The notes under the pieces were generated by a model. That model ran no database searches and was not told the origin of the DNA. It saw only the letters and a list, made by a program, of their open reading frames with translations. From Bugula neritina (lineage: Eukaryota; Animalia; Bryozoa): 64,000 nt of DNA. This document shows, piece by piece, positions 11,839-26,144 of the stretch. Position 1 is the first letter of the stretch; each line of letters begins with the position of its first letter. Location of the stretch: the NCBI GenBank assembly GCA_964035545.1, contig OZ037766.1, forward strand, positions 20,448,767 to 20,512,766, read 5' to 3'. The position numbers were made by a program, and so were the translations under genes.

Positions 11839-14800
11839 ATGCAGGTAACGGCTAGCGGAGAGGGCTATTATGTTTAGTAGAGTGTAGTTTTCTGTATTGA
11901 CTAGATTTAAGCACTTTAACTGAGTTTTGGTTTCATTCTCTGATTTCTGGAATTTGTGGTGCATAGTTACAACAGGTATCTGTTAAATAAGTATGTATTA
12001 GCAGTAATTAGTATCAATTTCAAAATGTAATTTAGATTATGCTGTATTTTTATTCAAAAATTTTTAGGCTTGACTTCTGCAATATCAAAAATTCATTTAA
12101 ACAACAAACTTGTAAATGTTCCAAGTGTGTAGCCTATGCATATAGTTGGTAATCATATGTAAATTATCACTGTAGTATAATGAAACTATATATTGCTAAA
12201 ATTTTTATTTTTTAGAATGTGACTGCAACAGAAATTTTAGATCCCACATCAACAGCCACTGTTGGAAGACGCTGTGTTACATTTAGTTCCATAAATAGCA
12301 CTTCCGGTCTTGTAGATCAATTAGTGTATACCACCAGCTCCTACTCTCAACTCAGTCAGGCCTTGCAAGCTCTCTGGATATTCATTGCAATAGTCGGATT
12401 CATCTTCAACACAGCCCAGATATTCTGGATTATATCCAACTCAAGGAAATCAGTCATAGATGTGTTTATTGTCTCCCTATCAGTAAGTTCAAAGCAGCTA
12501 TTCTACTTCCAACTTAAATGAGGTGTTTTTATAAGTAGCTACAATTTAACATTGTTTATGAAGAAGCAGTTTCACATCACATATGTGGTTAGCATATAAA
12601 TAAACCAACCAATATTCATCATTTTATGGCTGGTCTTCTATGAAATACTAGTCTTAAGTTAAGTTCAAAATCAAGTCTTAAGTCAAGTCCAAGGACAAGT
12701 TTCAAGTAGCATTGAACAGTCCAAGTAGTTTAGAACGTCTGCATTTACTAAAATAATTGTAAAATGTATGTCCTAAAAGTCAGGTTGCTAGATTTTCATG
12801 AATGTCTTTCTTTCGGAAAAAGTAATAGTTTCTCCCCATTAAAACAATAATTGTTTCTTGATCGGGCTGCTTTGCAAGCTTGCAGGCCGCCTGAGTAATG
12901 TTAATTTTACTCCGGACAACCTCTGTAACCACAAAAAAATCAAATTGGTTTCAACCTGATTTATCAATGAAGCAAAGATGTATAAAGATAATTAAGCATA
13001 ATAGTGGTGAGCAGCCCATTGAGATTTGTAGAATTTCCTTGATTTCATTGCACAATCGTTTGCAGACTTGATATTTCAAACACATATGTAACCTCCCTTT
13101 CACGGGTGCAGATTGGGATTATTTGCTGTAGTTACAATTATCTTCCTAGTGACGCTGCTGAAGTATTATTTTATTCTGCCATTTTTCATTGCATCGAGTT
13201 GTGAAACCAACTGTCCCTAAACTGACCCTACTCTGCAATCCCATAGCTGCAACATGATGTTAGCAACTAGAAAGTTTACGTAAAGACAGAGCTGTACATG
13301 GAACTAATTAGATAATCTTGTAAAATTGTTAATTTAGTAAAGAGCGTAAAGTTACTAGGCCCATATTTGCTAATTTACTAATTTTAACTCTTCATTTAGG
13401 TTAGACTATGCAAGTTTGTTTACAGTTGCTAAGCGACAAACTACCTAACACATTCATCCTCCTACTGTTTGTAGCACCAACGCCTATACCTAGCAAATCT
13501 AATGGATAGCCTTAAGCCTTAGGACTTCTAATAATAGGGTGTTGAGGGCCCCAAGATAAATGACAGCTTTTCCGTACTTTGGCTCTGTTTATTAAGAAAA
13601 TTAAGTTAAAGTATCAGTTAGTACTGTGACTAGACACTTATTAGGTTATAGTGCTGAATTGAGCCAATCAGTGATTGTTTTGAGCTACAACTAAGACCGT
13701 GAGACAGCTTTTAATTTAAAAACTTTAGTCTGTTTTTCATAAAAGTTATTTTTCATTGTATCAAATGCACCAGACAAATCAATGGATATGAGTAAATATA
13801 TTACCTAAATTATATTTATTACATTTGCCTAATACATCATAGAATTAGTCCATAAGATAACCATGCACACTATACTCATAAGATATATAGCAATAATGCT
13901 ATACTAACGATAAACATATTATTTTGTTTGCTTGTTTTCCCAGTAATGATTTTAATATGTTTGAGATTAGTTCTTCTTCAATTGCGTTTTAGGGGGTAAA
14001 ATACAACTATATATAACTCTATAATCAAAATTTATTTGTTACATAAATTTCAGATGGAAAAGAAGAAAGTGCAGTATAGCCAGTGATATAGCTGCTTTAA
14101 CGCCACATCTATCAGTTTTCTATAATGCTTTTGAAGCTAAACTCTGCAATTTTATATGTAAAGACCAAACCATTGCTTCCAATCAATAATATAAATTCGA
14201 CTGAATAAGAAACTTCAGTAAACATTATTTCACATGCTTAGCATTATTATGGGTACAAATGAAATATTTTCAGGTAATAGACTTACATACCTGCTGCTTC
14301 AACATCCCATTTCAAGTAGCTGAATTAGTCAACAACTTTGATTGGTCAATATATGGAGATAAGGCTATATTGGCGTGCAAGTTTCATTGGTATTTCAGAC
14401 ACTTCAGCACCATCAGTGGCTCCGTGATGATAGCCCTGATTGCAGTTAGCAGGTAATTTTATAGAAGATATATCACACAATCAACACAGCTCATTACTGA
14501 ATCACTCATATGGTCCAGTAGCATAGCCAGTCTTCAACAATATAAATGTAACTCCCTCTCTGATAGCTGCATTTCTAGTACTAGATTTTATTGCTGCTAT
14601 TTAAGAAAGTTTAAAGGTCAAACACAGCAGAGGAGGGGTAGAGGGGGAAAGGGAGAATGGCTCAAAATCTCAGTCTTTTTTAAAGAATAAATTCAATTTA
14701 CAAAGGGAAAATTTTAATATTTTCACTCAACTTCTCAACTTTAATGAAGGTACAATAATGATGATTCAATCTAGCTGCTGGTTGCATCTATTTTCTTATT

Positions 14801-17800
14801 CAAGTGGTTGAACACTTTTATTGACATAATATACCTCTACCTGCAGGTACTTAGCAGTTTCCAACCCCATGAGCAAGTTGAAGGAGAGATATAGTCAGAT
14901 GTGTATCAACTCTGTACTGGCTATAATAGTCTGGGTTGCCACTATAGCCTTAACTGTACCTCTGGCTTCCATGTCAGCAACTGTCAACACCAAATACTAT
15001 CACAGTGAGTCTGCAAATACTATTATGCATTTCAAATACTAAAATAGATCATAATTAAGACTGCAACATACAATTAAACCCCATAACATGTTTGCAGTAG
15101 TTTTCTGTTCTTTTGTAACTTTGTAGCTTAAACTAAGTACTGTTATTGATGTTAAAAATTAAAAAAAATTCTAGTTGTCACAAGGTAATCATATTAAGGT
15201 ATGTATTTAGATTATAAATAATATTCACAGTTAGTGGTTGTTTATATTTAAAGGTTTATGTGGAGTGTACTCACAGTGTTTATATAATGCAATTTATTAC
15301 ATGCACAAATAATATCCTGTAAAACTTTATAAAAAATATCGTTTATTCAAACTTAATACTTGAAAAATGTACCAACAAGTGATCATAATTTTAGATATGA
15401 TCCAACTGCAAGCTGTCCTATTTTCAATTTTTAAGACAATAAATTTTAGTTTGTACCTATAAGGGAGTATTTTTAGTCACTGTGCACTGGTAAATACTCT
15501 TACATAACGAATTGGCTTGTTTATTTCCCTATGCCTATGTATGTTGCCAAGGGAAAACCATAATAAACCATAATTTTATTATCATATGTTTTCTAAAATA
15601 GAGACAATATTTAGCACAACCATCTAAATACATTAATTATATTATGTAACTCAACTGTCATTATTTCCATATCATTATCCCCATGCAGCAGCAATTGTCA
15701 AGAGTAATATGACAAGTCAGTTGTCTAATTGATGAGTGAATAAGGAAAGAGTTTTAACACCAAATTTAATTAGTCTCATGTAACCATATTTTTATGTAAT
15801 TGAGAAAAAGGAGGAAAAGTGAGCTTCCAACGTTAAGAGCTGGTCTTAGGCATTTTATTGTGGTGTTATCAATTACTTCATATTGATATTTCAACTAACA
15901 GATCAAATGTGCATAGCATGCTCAAATCATCACTCAAAATATTGAATAGTTTAATACGAATGCAGATGCTAGTATTTTACAACTTATTATGTAATAAAAA
16001 TGATTCTTAAGGTGATATACTGGAACCTGAGCTTTGTTAGTGTAAGTACTTTGGTTACTGCATAGCACTTGTAATATTAGAAAGTTGAAGCTTATTTATT
16101 TCATTCAGCCTAATTGCTTTGTTATTGGTTATACAGTATACTTAAACCACTCCAATATTGTATATTAGTGTATCTCTAGAATAGTGATTTCTATACTGGA
16201 GAGTGTGAACTTCATGTTTCACAACCTTTAAATTTTCAAAATAAAAACAAACCTAGTTATAGCCTAGAATCTAAATGGAAATTTGAATTCTGCAAACCAA
16301 AACTTTTTGGCCATGAACCAAGTTAAAGCAGGTTATTTATAGTCAGAAGTAAATATTAATAGGAATACAGCATCCTAAATATATTATTATGCTTATCTGT
16401 ACTAGGATTACTGACTGCCTTTAATAACCCTGTGTAGATAATTACTGTTTAGATATATTATATTACTGCTTTGCGGATCATGCCTGTGGTGTGAAACTGT
16501 GAGTAAGAAAATGTAGGGTAATACCATGCTGGGTCAATGACTGAGGAGATTTACTAACATTACATCACATGTTAGTATGGCTTTGTATATTGTCAATGCC
16601 TAAGTTTTACAATATTCTGTGCCTCAGCTAGTTTTTATTAATTATAATTAAAGTCTGTTGATGCACCAGAGTTTTGAAATGGCTCTAATATTTTGAGTGC
16701 ACCAAGAAAGTTGAAGCAGCACTTTAACACACCTGCATCATGTATTAACAGATATGACTGGTAATACACCCAATGACTCATCCATTTGCTATGAAGCTGT
16801 AGAGGTGTGTGAGGTGGTGGAAAACTCTCTGGCTCCTACCATCTATGGTTCTCTACTCTTCTTTGTGGTACCCCTGGCTGTACTAATTGTCTCCTACTCA
16901 TCTCTAATACGAATCCTGATCAAAAGGTAGTAATTATTCACCATCCTTATATATATGTTGCACCAAATGTTTGGCAATGCTACTTTTAAATTTGTCTATG
17001 TGCACGAAACAGATGAATTGAGTTGTTTGAAATATTTAAGCATTTATTGAATTTAATATAAATTATGCACCAGCTGAAAATTTACATAGAGAAAATATTT
17101 TTTTCTAAATTTCAATTAAATTTATATCAGAACTACCAAAATTTTAATTTAGTGTTTTAATTTAAATCATTTGGTATTCCGGCAAGTTTTTGCCTTGGAT
17201 GAAAACTACGTTAATGACATCAGTAGTGTCAGTTCGGAAGTGATTCTAGTCTGAAAGTTGGCAGCAAAGCGGCACCGCTGCCACGGAAGTCTCTTGCCAA
17301 CATCAGACTTGGAGCCAAGCACACTTCTTGTTGAAATGCAACTAGATTTTTGTTTACAGTTGAAAGTGTTGCAAAATACTAAGTTATGAATGAAACACTA
17401 AATTATTTTGATGTGCAATTCATATTTCCACTTCCACATAGCCAAGGCTGAGCCACGTGGTGTCGTTGGCATTCTTAAGCCAAATGGCCAAAAAATAATA
17501 CTAATATACAAACATGTTTACGGATTGGCTAAATATTACAACTGGCCTAACTTCTGTTTGACCTGAAAGAATCTAGTCTGTCAGGTATTCCGTTGTTATG
17601 ATTTCAGGAATCACAAGGATGAGCTAGCCTACAGTGGTAAGAAAAAACACTTTGTGAAGTCAATAGTAAACAGCATTCTTGGACTCTTTTACATAATCCT
17701 GGTGGCACCAAAAGGAATTTACAACATAATCAAAATCAGCAAGTTTCCGCGACATGAGAAGTTAACTGAAGATGAGAAATGGCTAGATTTGGGGCTCTAC

Positions 17801-18841
17801 GTTCTGGCGACTACAGTTGTGATTAGTAATCCAGTCATATATTCATTCCTTACCCCCAGGTTAGGACAATTCACTTACAAACTAATTTTTCAAAGACACA
17901 GCTGGCAACCTTCATCGCCATATATCCACTTTTGACAAGTTAGCTGGCTTGTTTATTAATAATTTACTTTTTTGGTTTCACATTAGCCATCAACAATTAA
18001 ATTTTTGGTATATTTATTCCGATGTTGGAAAAGAAATGGTTCGGTATTTAAAAGATTCAACAGTTTGGAGCCTCATTTTGGTAACGATGTTCTTGTTTTT
18101 ACATTTTCAAATCATTAACCTCAATCTTTAATAGACTGGTGGTAGTTGCAGAAGCTCTGAACTCTTTCTAGCTTTTGCACATCAGGTTTAGAGAGCATGA
18201 AAAGCTAAGATACTACTGGCCACTGCTACTTCTGTTTTTACTGTATTTATATATACACTATATATTATGTAATGGTGCATAATAAAAAATGTTGGCTTTT
18301 ATCATGTGGCATAATTTAAGTCATTGGTTTTAGATTTTTCAAGTACGTGAAGATCCAGTCTAGAAGGATGTCAAACATAGAGAATCCATTGAGAAGGAAC
18401 AGTGTTTTCTCAACACTGTCCACAATGGACTGGAACAGTATCAACAAACATCTACTCAAACGAAAATGCAGGTCACATGAGAGACTTTATTCAATATCAG
18501 AAAAGCCAGACTATTCAAGACAAGAAACTAGCAAAACAATACTATCAGTAACAAGTGAAGCTACTGAAAATACAGATGTTGTATTCGAAGAAGATGAAGT
18601 GGCCAAAGATCTCATTCCCATACAAACTAGTGTCCCTATGAGCAAGGATCATCAAGTGCTGCACAGGGCTAAAATACTAACTAAACAGAAATCTCTAGTC
18701 TACCAGAAACTGTTGGTGAGACAAGAGAGAGTGAAACCAATTCAAGCTGTAACCAGCAGCGCTTGGCTAACTACTAAAATGACAGAGACACTCTTGGCTA
18801 GTTTCTCAAAGCCTACCGACGTCCACTATGCTACTCTGTAG
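11839..18841 (+). CDS. Rhodopsin-like (class A) GPCR, peptide-receptor-like orphan; exons 11839-11844 (inferred start), 12216-12482, 14274-14452, 14847-15004, 16752-16926, 17608-17859, 18334-18841
   Basis: Seven hydrophobic segments: TM1 GFIFN, TM2 SLSVID, TM3 ACKF..IAVSRY (DRY variant), TM4 W..P, TM5 FFVVPL..SY, TM6 and TM7 SNPVIY. N-terminal NVT/NST glycosylation sites. Exon phases are consistent. The start exon ATGCAG|GT is inferred. Confidence 0.88.
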
Positions 18842-18900
18842 ACTGCCCTGTAGACTGCCCTGTAGACTGCCCTGTAGACTGCCCTGTAGACTCTAGACTC
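18836..18900. repeat. 12-bp tandem repeat (ctgtagactgcc) x4+ beginning at the GPCR stop codon
   Basis: Four full copies, then ctgtagact-ctagact. Confidence 0.9.
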
Positions 18901-19699
18901 TAAGGGTAACATATTTGAATTATGTTTCATATCATCTAGCTATTTGACATAATTCACTTGTACATATTTGCACAAATTGTACACTGTAAACAGTATTAGT
19001 GTAACATAATTATTTCAAGACTATCTATTATGTGTGAATAAATTATTTGAAAATAATAAATTATAATAATATGTTGAAAAATCCTACTGTGTCTTTATTA
19101 TTGCAAAATGTAAAACAGCTAATTTAATACTTTTAAAAATTATCCCTAACTTGAAAAATAGCAAAAGGTGGAAAATTATTGCAATTGTCAGAAATACAGT
19201 TTAATAAATTACAAAGAGCTCACACAGAAATATCACACAGCATACTAATATTTTGCATGACTGGATATGGAGCTGTGAGCCAACACCATTATCTTCAATG
19301 TGGCCTGTCATAGGAAATAGACCAAGTAACAGCTTGTCTTATTCAACATACTGTATTAATAGCTGTGTGGTATTTATATATAAAGAAATAGAAAACAACA
19401 CAATTAAAACAGTAAATGTACAAATATACATATGCTGCCAACTTTAAAAAAAATATCATCAATAATATTATTGATGGGGTGACCTCTCCCAAGGTCATTC
19501 AGAATATTGAACCTGTAGAATCATTGTGCATTAACAGAGTTGCACTTGAATGTCAAGTAGCTATTACATGCAGTTGAATCAGCCGCTAATCCCACTGAGC
19601 CTTAATCAAGACATGCATTTCCAATACAAGGAAATAACAGACAATCACATGGGGAGACAATGCCTGAGAAGTCGCTTACTGACTGTAGCCTTAAGTGAA

Positions 19700-22600
19700 C
19701 TAATCGCCAACACTCACACCGAATTGAAGTCCGTGTCTAATCTATAATGGAAATGAATGTTTGTAATTAGCAGTAATAACTCGCTTCAAAACAATAACAA
19801 CATTGAAGGTCATGATGCTGTCAAGGAAATTTTTGCATGCGCAAGTTTTATCCTAAACCATCATGTAAATTTTGACTTCATCCTTGCAGGACGCAAAATG
19901 TTATGAATACCCAGAGAACTGAATCACATATCTTAAAAATATGCAGAACCCCCACCCCCATAGCTCTTAATTAACAAGAAAGGAATTACAAGATTGTTTT
20001 GCCAACTCGACAAATTCAAAATGTAAGACGGCAGCTAATTTTTGACAGTTCTAAACTTCTGGAAGTTGAAAATTTGTGATTCACAATTTCTTCACAATGC
20101 TTAAGACAGTCTCTAACAGAGGTTGTAAACATGTTTGACATGTATCACCACGCATATGCTAATAGCCAAAACCATTAACAGAATAAAATTAAAAAAAATT
20201 TTTTACCAAATACTTCAGAAATAATTTTCAATCGCTACTACAATAGACTAAAGTGGCATAACACTGTTATGATTTTAATATTTCCATTCAAAATTATTAC
20301 CCGCTAGACTTCCGATTATAAATGAGAATGGATTGCTGACACAGTACCTTATCTTGAACTTGGAATTTGAAAGGGACGCAATAGTTGAGTTCCATTTTGA
20401 CCCCAACAAAATTGGTTACGATACCGGCACCGTAGCTAACCCTCATCATGTTGATATTGCGTCTAAGGTTATCTCTCAGTGGTTCTTCTATAATGTGAAT
20501 AGCAGAGGCTGAGCATAGCAGGGCAAACACTAACCAAACTACTAAATTATAACTTTTTCTAGTAAATATTCACAGGCGGGTCATAATTATTACAATAATA
20601 TTACATAACACCACCATATTATTAACCTTTCAGTTTTTGGGTATTTTGAGCTGTTATCAAAACAAAACAACAACATAACTGCAATAGCTAGCAGATGCAC
20701 ATAGAACACAGATGGAACAAATGATATCACTTCTAATTATTATAATTAAAGCATAGCTGAATATGCAATTAGTTTTTATACAACTTTAATATATTTTGAT
20801 AATACTCATTTTAGTTCCCCTTCATAAATACAATAGCATTGAAGTTATAACCCACTGCAGCAAACCAAATATTTAAAACATACTTTAGCATCAACACAAC
20901 AATGTTATCCATGCTTAACATCATACTTTATTCATACTCCTTTAATAATTCATTAATTGTTGTAGAGGAATGTTTGCTTGGCTTCTGTGGCCACTTCAAC
21001 TCAAGAGCTCAAGAAACTAAAACTACCCTTCAATAAAGCTCGGTTCATGTGATAACACAAGAACGTGAACTTGAAACAACACAAGGAATACAAAACAATC
21101 ACAAAAACAAAGAGGTGAACCAACAAAACAAAATAATTAATTAGATACACGCAACCAAACAAGTTTTGTTTACTACACGGACTAGCATAGAGAAGACAAC
21201 TTTTGCTTAACATGATGATAGCAACTATAGAGGAGACAACTTGCAAAGTTGGGATTTAATCAGTAATAAATACATCATATTCTGAATAACCGAACAGCAA
21301 AGTCTTAAAGAGATCAGGGCATTTCCATGATGAATAACACGAAATAAAACCTGAACTACGTAACTACAATGTTTAATTTAAGAAAATTTAAGAAACAAAT
21401 GCCATTATCCATTAGAATACCTACCTGTACTATAGTTAGTTGCATTTCCACAGTTGACAAAGAGCTGAGGTTTGAACTTGTCTAGTATGCCCCCTCTAAC
21501 ACCGGGGAGAGATAGGCGCAGGTGGGCAGACAACTGCCAAAACATGTCTGCTCCAAGGGCATTGTCTGAAACGAGCATGGAGGTTACAGAATAGTACTAA
21601 TTGCATTGGTAAATACATAATATTTTATTTACTTAAACTTGCATACTAGTATAATGATTAAACTTGCTATTTAAAGATGTTTTCATAGCTTATTAGTAAA
21701 AATTGAAATATTTAAAGATATTAAACTTTTTAATATAATTTTAAGTAAAGTTATTATTCCATTTAACTGTTACTTTGTATATAATATATATATATAATAT
21801 GAGTTATGGTGATTATCGCATAACAGAAAATGAAATTATGACAATGGTCAGATAGTTATTCTAACTGCTGAAAGATAATTTGAAAAATTGATGTCTACAC
21901 AGTACATACTAGAGTTCATTGTTAACGGGCAGACACCTTAGTCGCACCATGATTTTATTAACAAACATTTGGCATAGAACCACGATTCAACTATAAATTA
22001 GCTATACACAATGTCCATAAATATTAACAACTAGAGTTTAAAATTATCTGTCCATATTTGTAGATATTTAAATCTGGTAAATGAAAAATTGAAAAGTGCA
22101 ATAAATGGAAAAGTTTAAAGAAAGTTTGAAAACTAAAATACCTCTTTCACGTGGGCCAACTCCTTTATTCTGAAAACCCCTCAACGAAGTAGGTCCACCC
22201 AAATAAAACTTATCCATGATTGACACACCTTTTGAATTACTTTTAAATAAGTTTAATGGCTGAATGTGGCCAACATTAGCACCTAGCTGCACAACCTGCA
22301 AACAAGAGCATAATTTGAATAGTGAGTGGCTATCAAAGACAACACATCAAGTAAAAATTTTAGAATTTAAATACTCATATAATGATATTATAGTCCATTA
22401 TCTCAATTAAAAAAAGAAAACTTTGTGTAACACTTATAATAAAATATAGGTGACTATTTATACATCTGTAATACATAAATTATGATAAACTACATTATAT
22501 AAGTACTATGGATGCATATTAGTAAGCTTCCACCTATCTATGACAGGCTCAATCTGAACGATGGTCCATAATGCTCGAAATTAAGCTGAATAACCATGCA

Positions 22601-25600
22601 TCCAAAAGTTTTGTGAAGTTCAAGAATTATGTAAGATAGCAGAATTGCAAAGAAAAAAAAATAAAGATTCATTCCCATGCGGATGAATAAAGAGCTAACT
22701 TTTTTAAAAATACACACTAATTAGTAAACTGTAAAACAATTAATTCTTTAACAGTTTCAGAATATCTAAGCAGAGTCAAACTGCCAACCACTCTATTACA
22801 GATAAACTACTGGATATCTTGGTCCAGCTACTTACCACTCTATCGTCGTTGAAAAGCGACTTATTTAATTGTACGACGAGTTGCTTAGAGTAGAAGTTTG
22901 TGTCACCGCCAAAACCAGCCAGCTCTTGTGATAGTCGTAATAATTTCCCATTAGATGGCATTATAAAATCATCTCTATCATCATATACCAACTCATACTA
23001 CAAGACAAACATATTCACTTTCAATAACTTAATTAGCAAATAACTCGCTGTGACAAAACATTATTATTTTACCTTTTTGTGCAAAATAAACACTATAAAA
23101 AATTTGAAAGCATAAAAACTGTCAAAGCAATTTTGTCTTTAATTTGATATGAGAAACTAGATATTCAGAGCACTGCCATGTGGATTATACATTTAATGCG
23201 TTATTTATTAATCATTATGTAATGCAAAAACCAACTGTTTACAAACTAGGTTGAAGACCTGTGCAAACCAATTGTTGAAGCATGTTAAAGCACATCGCAT
23301 AGAGTCATAAACAAATAGCTGATGTACAGATAACTCCCGAACATCCCACATCAATGTTAAAATGGGCAGGAGAAAATATTAAACATTAAAAGTAAGAAAA
23401 CTTTGAAATTTTCATTATAAAGATGGTAAAGCGTGTTCAGTTTTCATAAGGTTTTAGTGTTGCTATTAAAAATGTTCTTAGTCTTTTTTAACTAAGAATG
23501 AGCATGAAATTTGCAGATCTGTCGTATTTTACTATGAAATTACTTGAATTTAGAGTTACAACCCAAGTGATTGCATGCAGTACATTATGAAAATAAACTT
23601 TATTAAAAGCACTTGGTTTACTGTTACCTTAAGACTAGATTTGAGAGAGTGCCCTGCTTGTTCACGCACAGCGAAACATGTTTGATTATTGAAAGGAAGG
23701 AGTCGTCGCCACACGCCCTGCCATGAGACTTTATGACTGAAGAATCCCCGTGGAACCTGTCACAACCAAATTACGCATAATACTTGATTAAGGTAATCAA
23801 ATCAGCAGCACAAACTAGAAAAAAAACAGAAAAAGGACAACAAGAAAAAATAAGTTGATAATTTAACTCAACTGGTAAATTAAGAAAGGGCATATTTAAA
23901 AAAAGTTTGCTAAAATATCTTTTAACAAAAATAGTATAGCAGTTTTTGTTTTAAAAAAAGTTAGTTTGCTGCAAAAAAGTTAGTTAAATTTAGCCCACAT
24001 TTCCTGTTCAAGCCCTTTTTAGACTAAACAAATTAATAAGAGTACAACAGTTAGAAGCTACAACTAGAGTTCCCTATTTTTCATTAGAACAGCCACTGCT
24101 CAGTGAGTAGAGGTGCCTATTTATCTCTGGTATAGAAACCTCAACATGGTCAATTCGTAATGTAAAGGGAAGTTAAAACTGCTTCTGTGCAACTGCAAAA
24201 CTCCTCAAGCAATATTTTCATAAGAAAGATTAGAGGCAAAATTCCATTTCAAGACTTAACCATATAGAATTAAAAAATGTGACAATCAGCAAAAAGAAAG
24301 CGTGAGAACTATATCTGTTTGAAAGTAGAGGAATAATAATAATAATAATAACATAATATAATTGACTCACTGTAAGATCTAGGGAAACACCGGAATTATT
24401 TTCTTTATAACCACTGAGTGTCACGTTTCCACTATAGTTGAATAAACTACCGCCTATACTGCAAATGCAAAAATATATTTCATAACACAACAGTATTAGA
24501 CTGTGTACCATAAAATACAAATGTACTAGTAGTAGACTGAGTATCATGTAAAGTCATAAAACAAAGGCATTTTGGGTTGCATAATACAACTTTGGAACTA
24601 ATATATACTTCAACAACTCCAAGTTTAACTGTACCTACTGGGCTTCAATTAGAATAAGGTAATCACTAGATATTGTGAATGCTTACTAGAAATTTATGAG
24701 AGAGCACCTAAACAGAAATAGGAGTGACATATTCCACCAGATATACCATGTAAACATACTACACTTACAAAGAAGAGAGGTGAGGTTGTATGGGTTTAGT
24801 GAAAACAAGCTCTTTCCTGTGATTGGTGAGAGCTTTAATCCAACAGCAAGATACTTTCTCTGCCCGTCCAAACAAATTTGGAAACAAACCATTGATATTC
24901 TGCAACACAGCACAATAAGACCATCACAGTAAAACAGATATAAGAATGTTTTCTTACAGCCTACAGTCCAATTTGCAGCATAAAATTACTTTACATTGAT
25001 AACATATACAGTTACTATAGGCAAAAATTTTATGCAGTAACATAGACTTTTATAATAACTTTGTGAAGACAAATCACAAATTGTATAGCTTGTTTCACAG
25101 CCACTGGTAAAACATTAATCAATTACAGAGAAGAGGTGTTTTAGATATTGAAAATCAGAACATTTAGTGTCATACAACTTTAAATGACTAGACGTTTACC
25201 AATCCTCCGCCCACACCCATTGTGGCATCCTGGTCATTTCCCAGAAACCCTTTGATACCGCCAGACCAGCGAGATCTTTCAGCCAACTTGACTTTTACAG
25301 ACAGAGTGGAATCACTCTCATCATCCAACAGAACCTGAACTCCTTTAGTCACACTGAGACCGTTGAGCAACGTCTGCACGTCTTGGGCTGTCTTTAAATA
25401 CTAGAACCACAGCACAGGGTACTTGAGGAAAACATATCGCAACATAAATAGTGTAAAATAACTGAAACTACAATCGCATTGAAAAGGAAAACTGGTTTAA
25501 ATTAAAACACACGAGTACTCTGAAATATTTTAAACACTGCATGTTACTTTTCTTTAAAAAGTGTGTAAGTATATAAGTATAAGTATGAGTAAGATTTTTA

Positions 25601-26144
25601 CTTATATATATTCCACTATAATTATTGAGTTATATCTCTAACAGCAGTTCATATAGGCCAAAAGTAAATGAGCTGATCACATAAGAATAATAATAGGAAA
25701 CAGCAAGTAGTAAAATAACACACAATGGGCAGACTCTCTATGTATACGGTGTAAAACAATAATTATTACTGTTACATGGGTGTCGGTTTTAGGCAGTAGG
25801 CTTTAGCAGCTTACACTTCAAAATTTTACTTTAAAACTGCAATAAGTGGACTCACCTCCTCACAAGTATGTATGTTGAAAAACTGAGTAAACACATCTTT
25901 AATCAGATCATCCTTAGTTCGACTGACTCCATCAACAACTACTTTTGATATGTGGATCTGCATAAAACGTAACATACTAACTGGCTACAAGTTGCATTCC
26001 AATAGAAAGTATAAATACACGCACACTCACAAACAACGTACGTATAAACTCAATTAATCAAAAATAAATTATAGACAACAAAAACATATAGTAACTTACT
26101 GGTCTTTTCAAAAATTCTTCTATTTCTTCTTCAGTAAAAGACAT
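19700..26144 (-). CDS. SAMM50: Sorting and assembly machinery component 50 (Omp85 family); exons 26144-26100, 25957-25856, 25400-25200, 24899-24769, 24458-24371, 23756-23628, ~22997-22814, ~22296-22142, ~21566-21426, ~20486-20348, 19741-19700
   Basis: POTRA start IHISKVVVDGVSRTKDDLI; PNLFGRAEKV; FAVREQAGHSLKSSL; DKFYLGGPTSLRGF..GVGP; RVSYGAGIV..ELNYCVP; final exon IRHGLQFGVSVGD*. Confidence 0.93.
20961..21368. mobile_element. Possible solo LTR in a SAMM50 intron
   Basis: 408-bp segment bounded by TGTAG...CTACA, with distinct composition and AATAAA at about 21032. Flanks ttgt/atgt form an imperfect 4-bp TSD. Confidence 0.3.
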
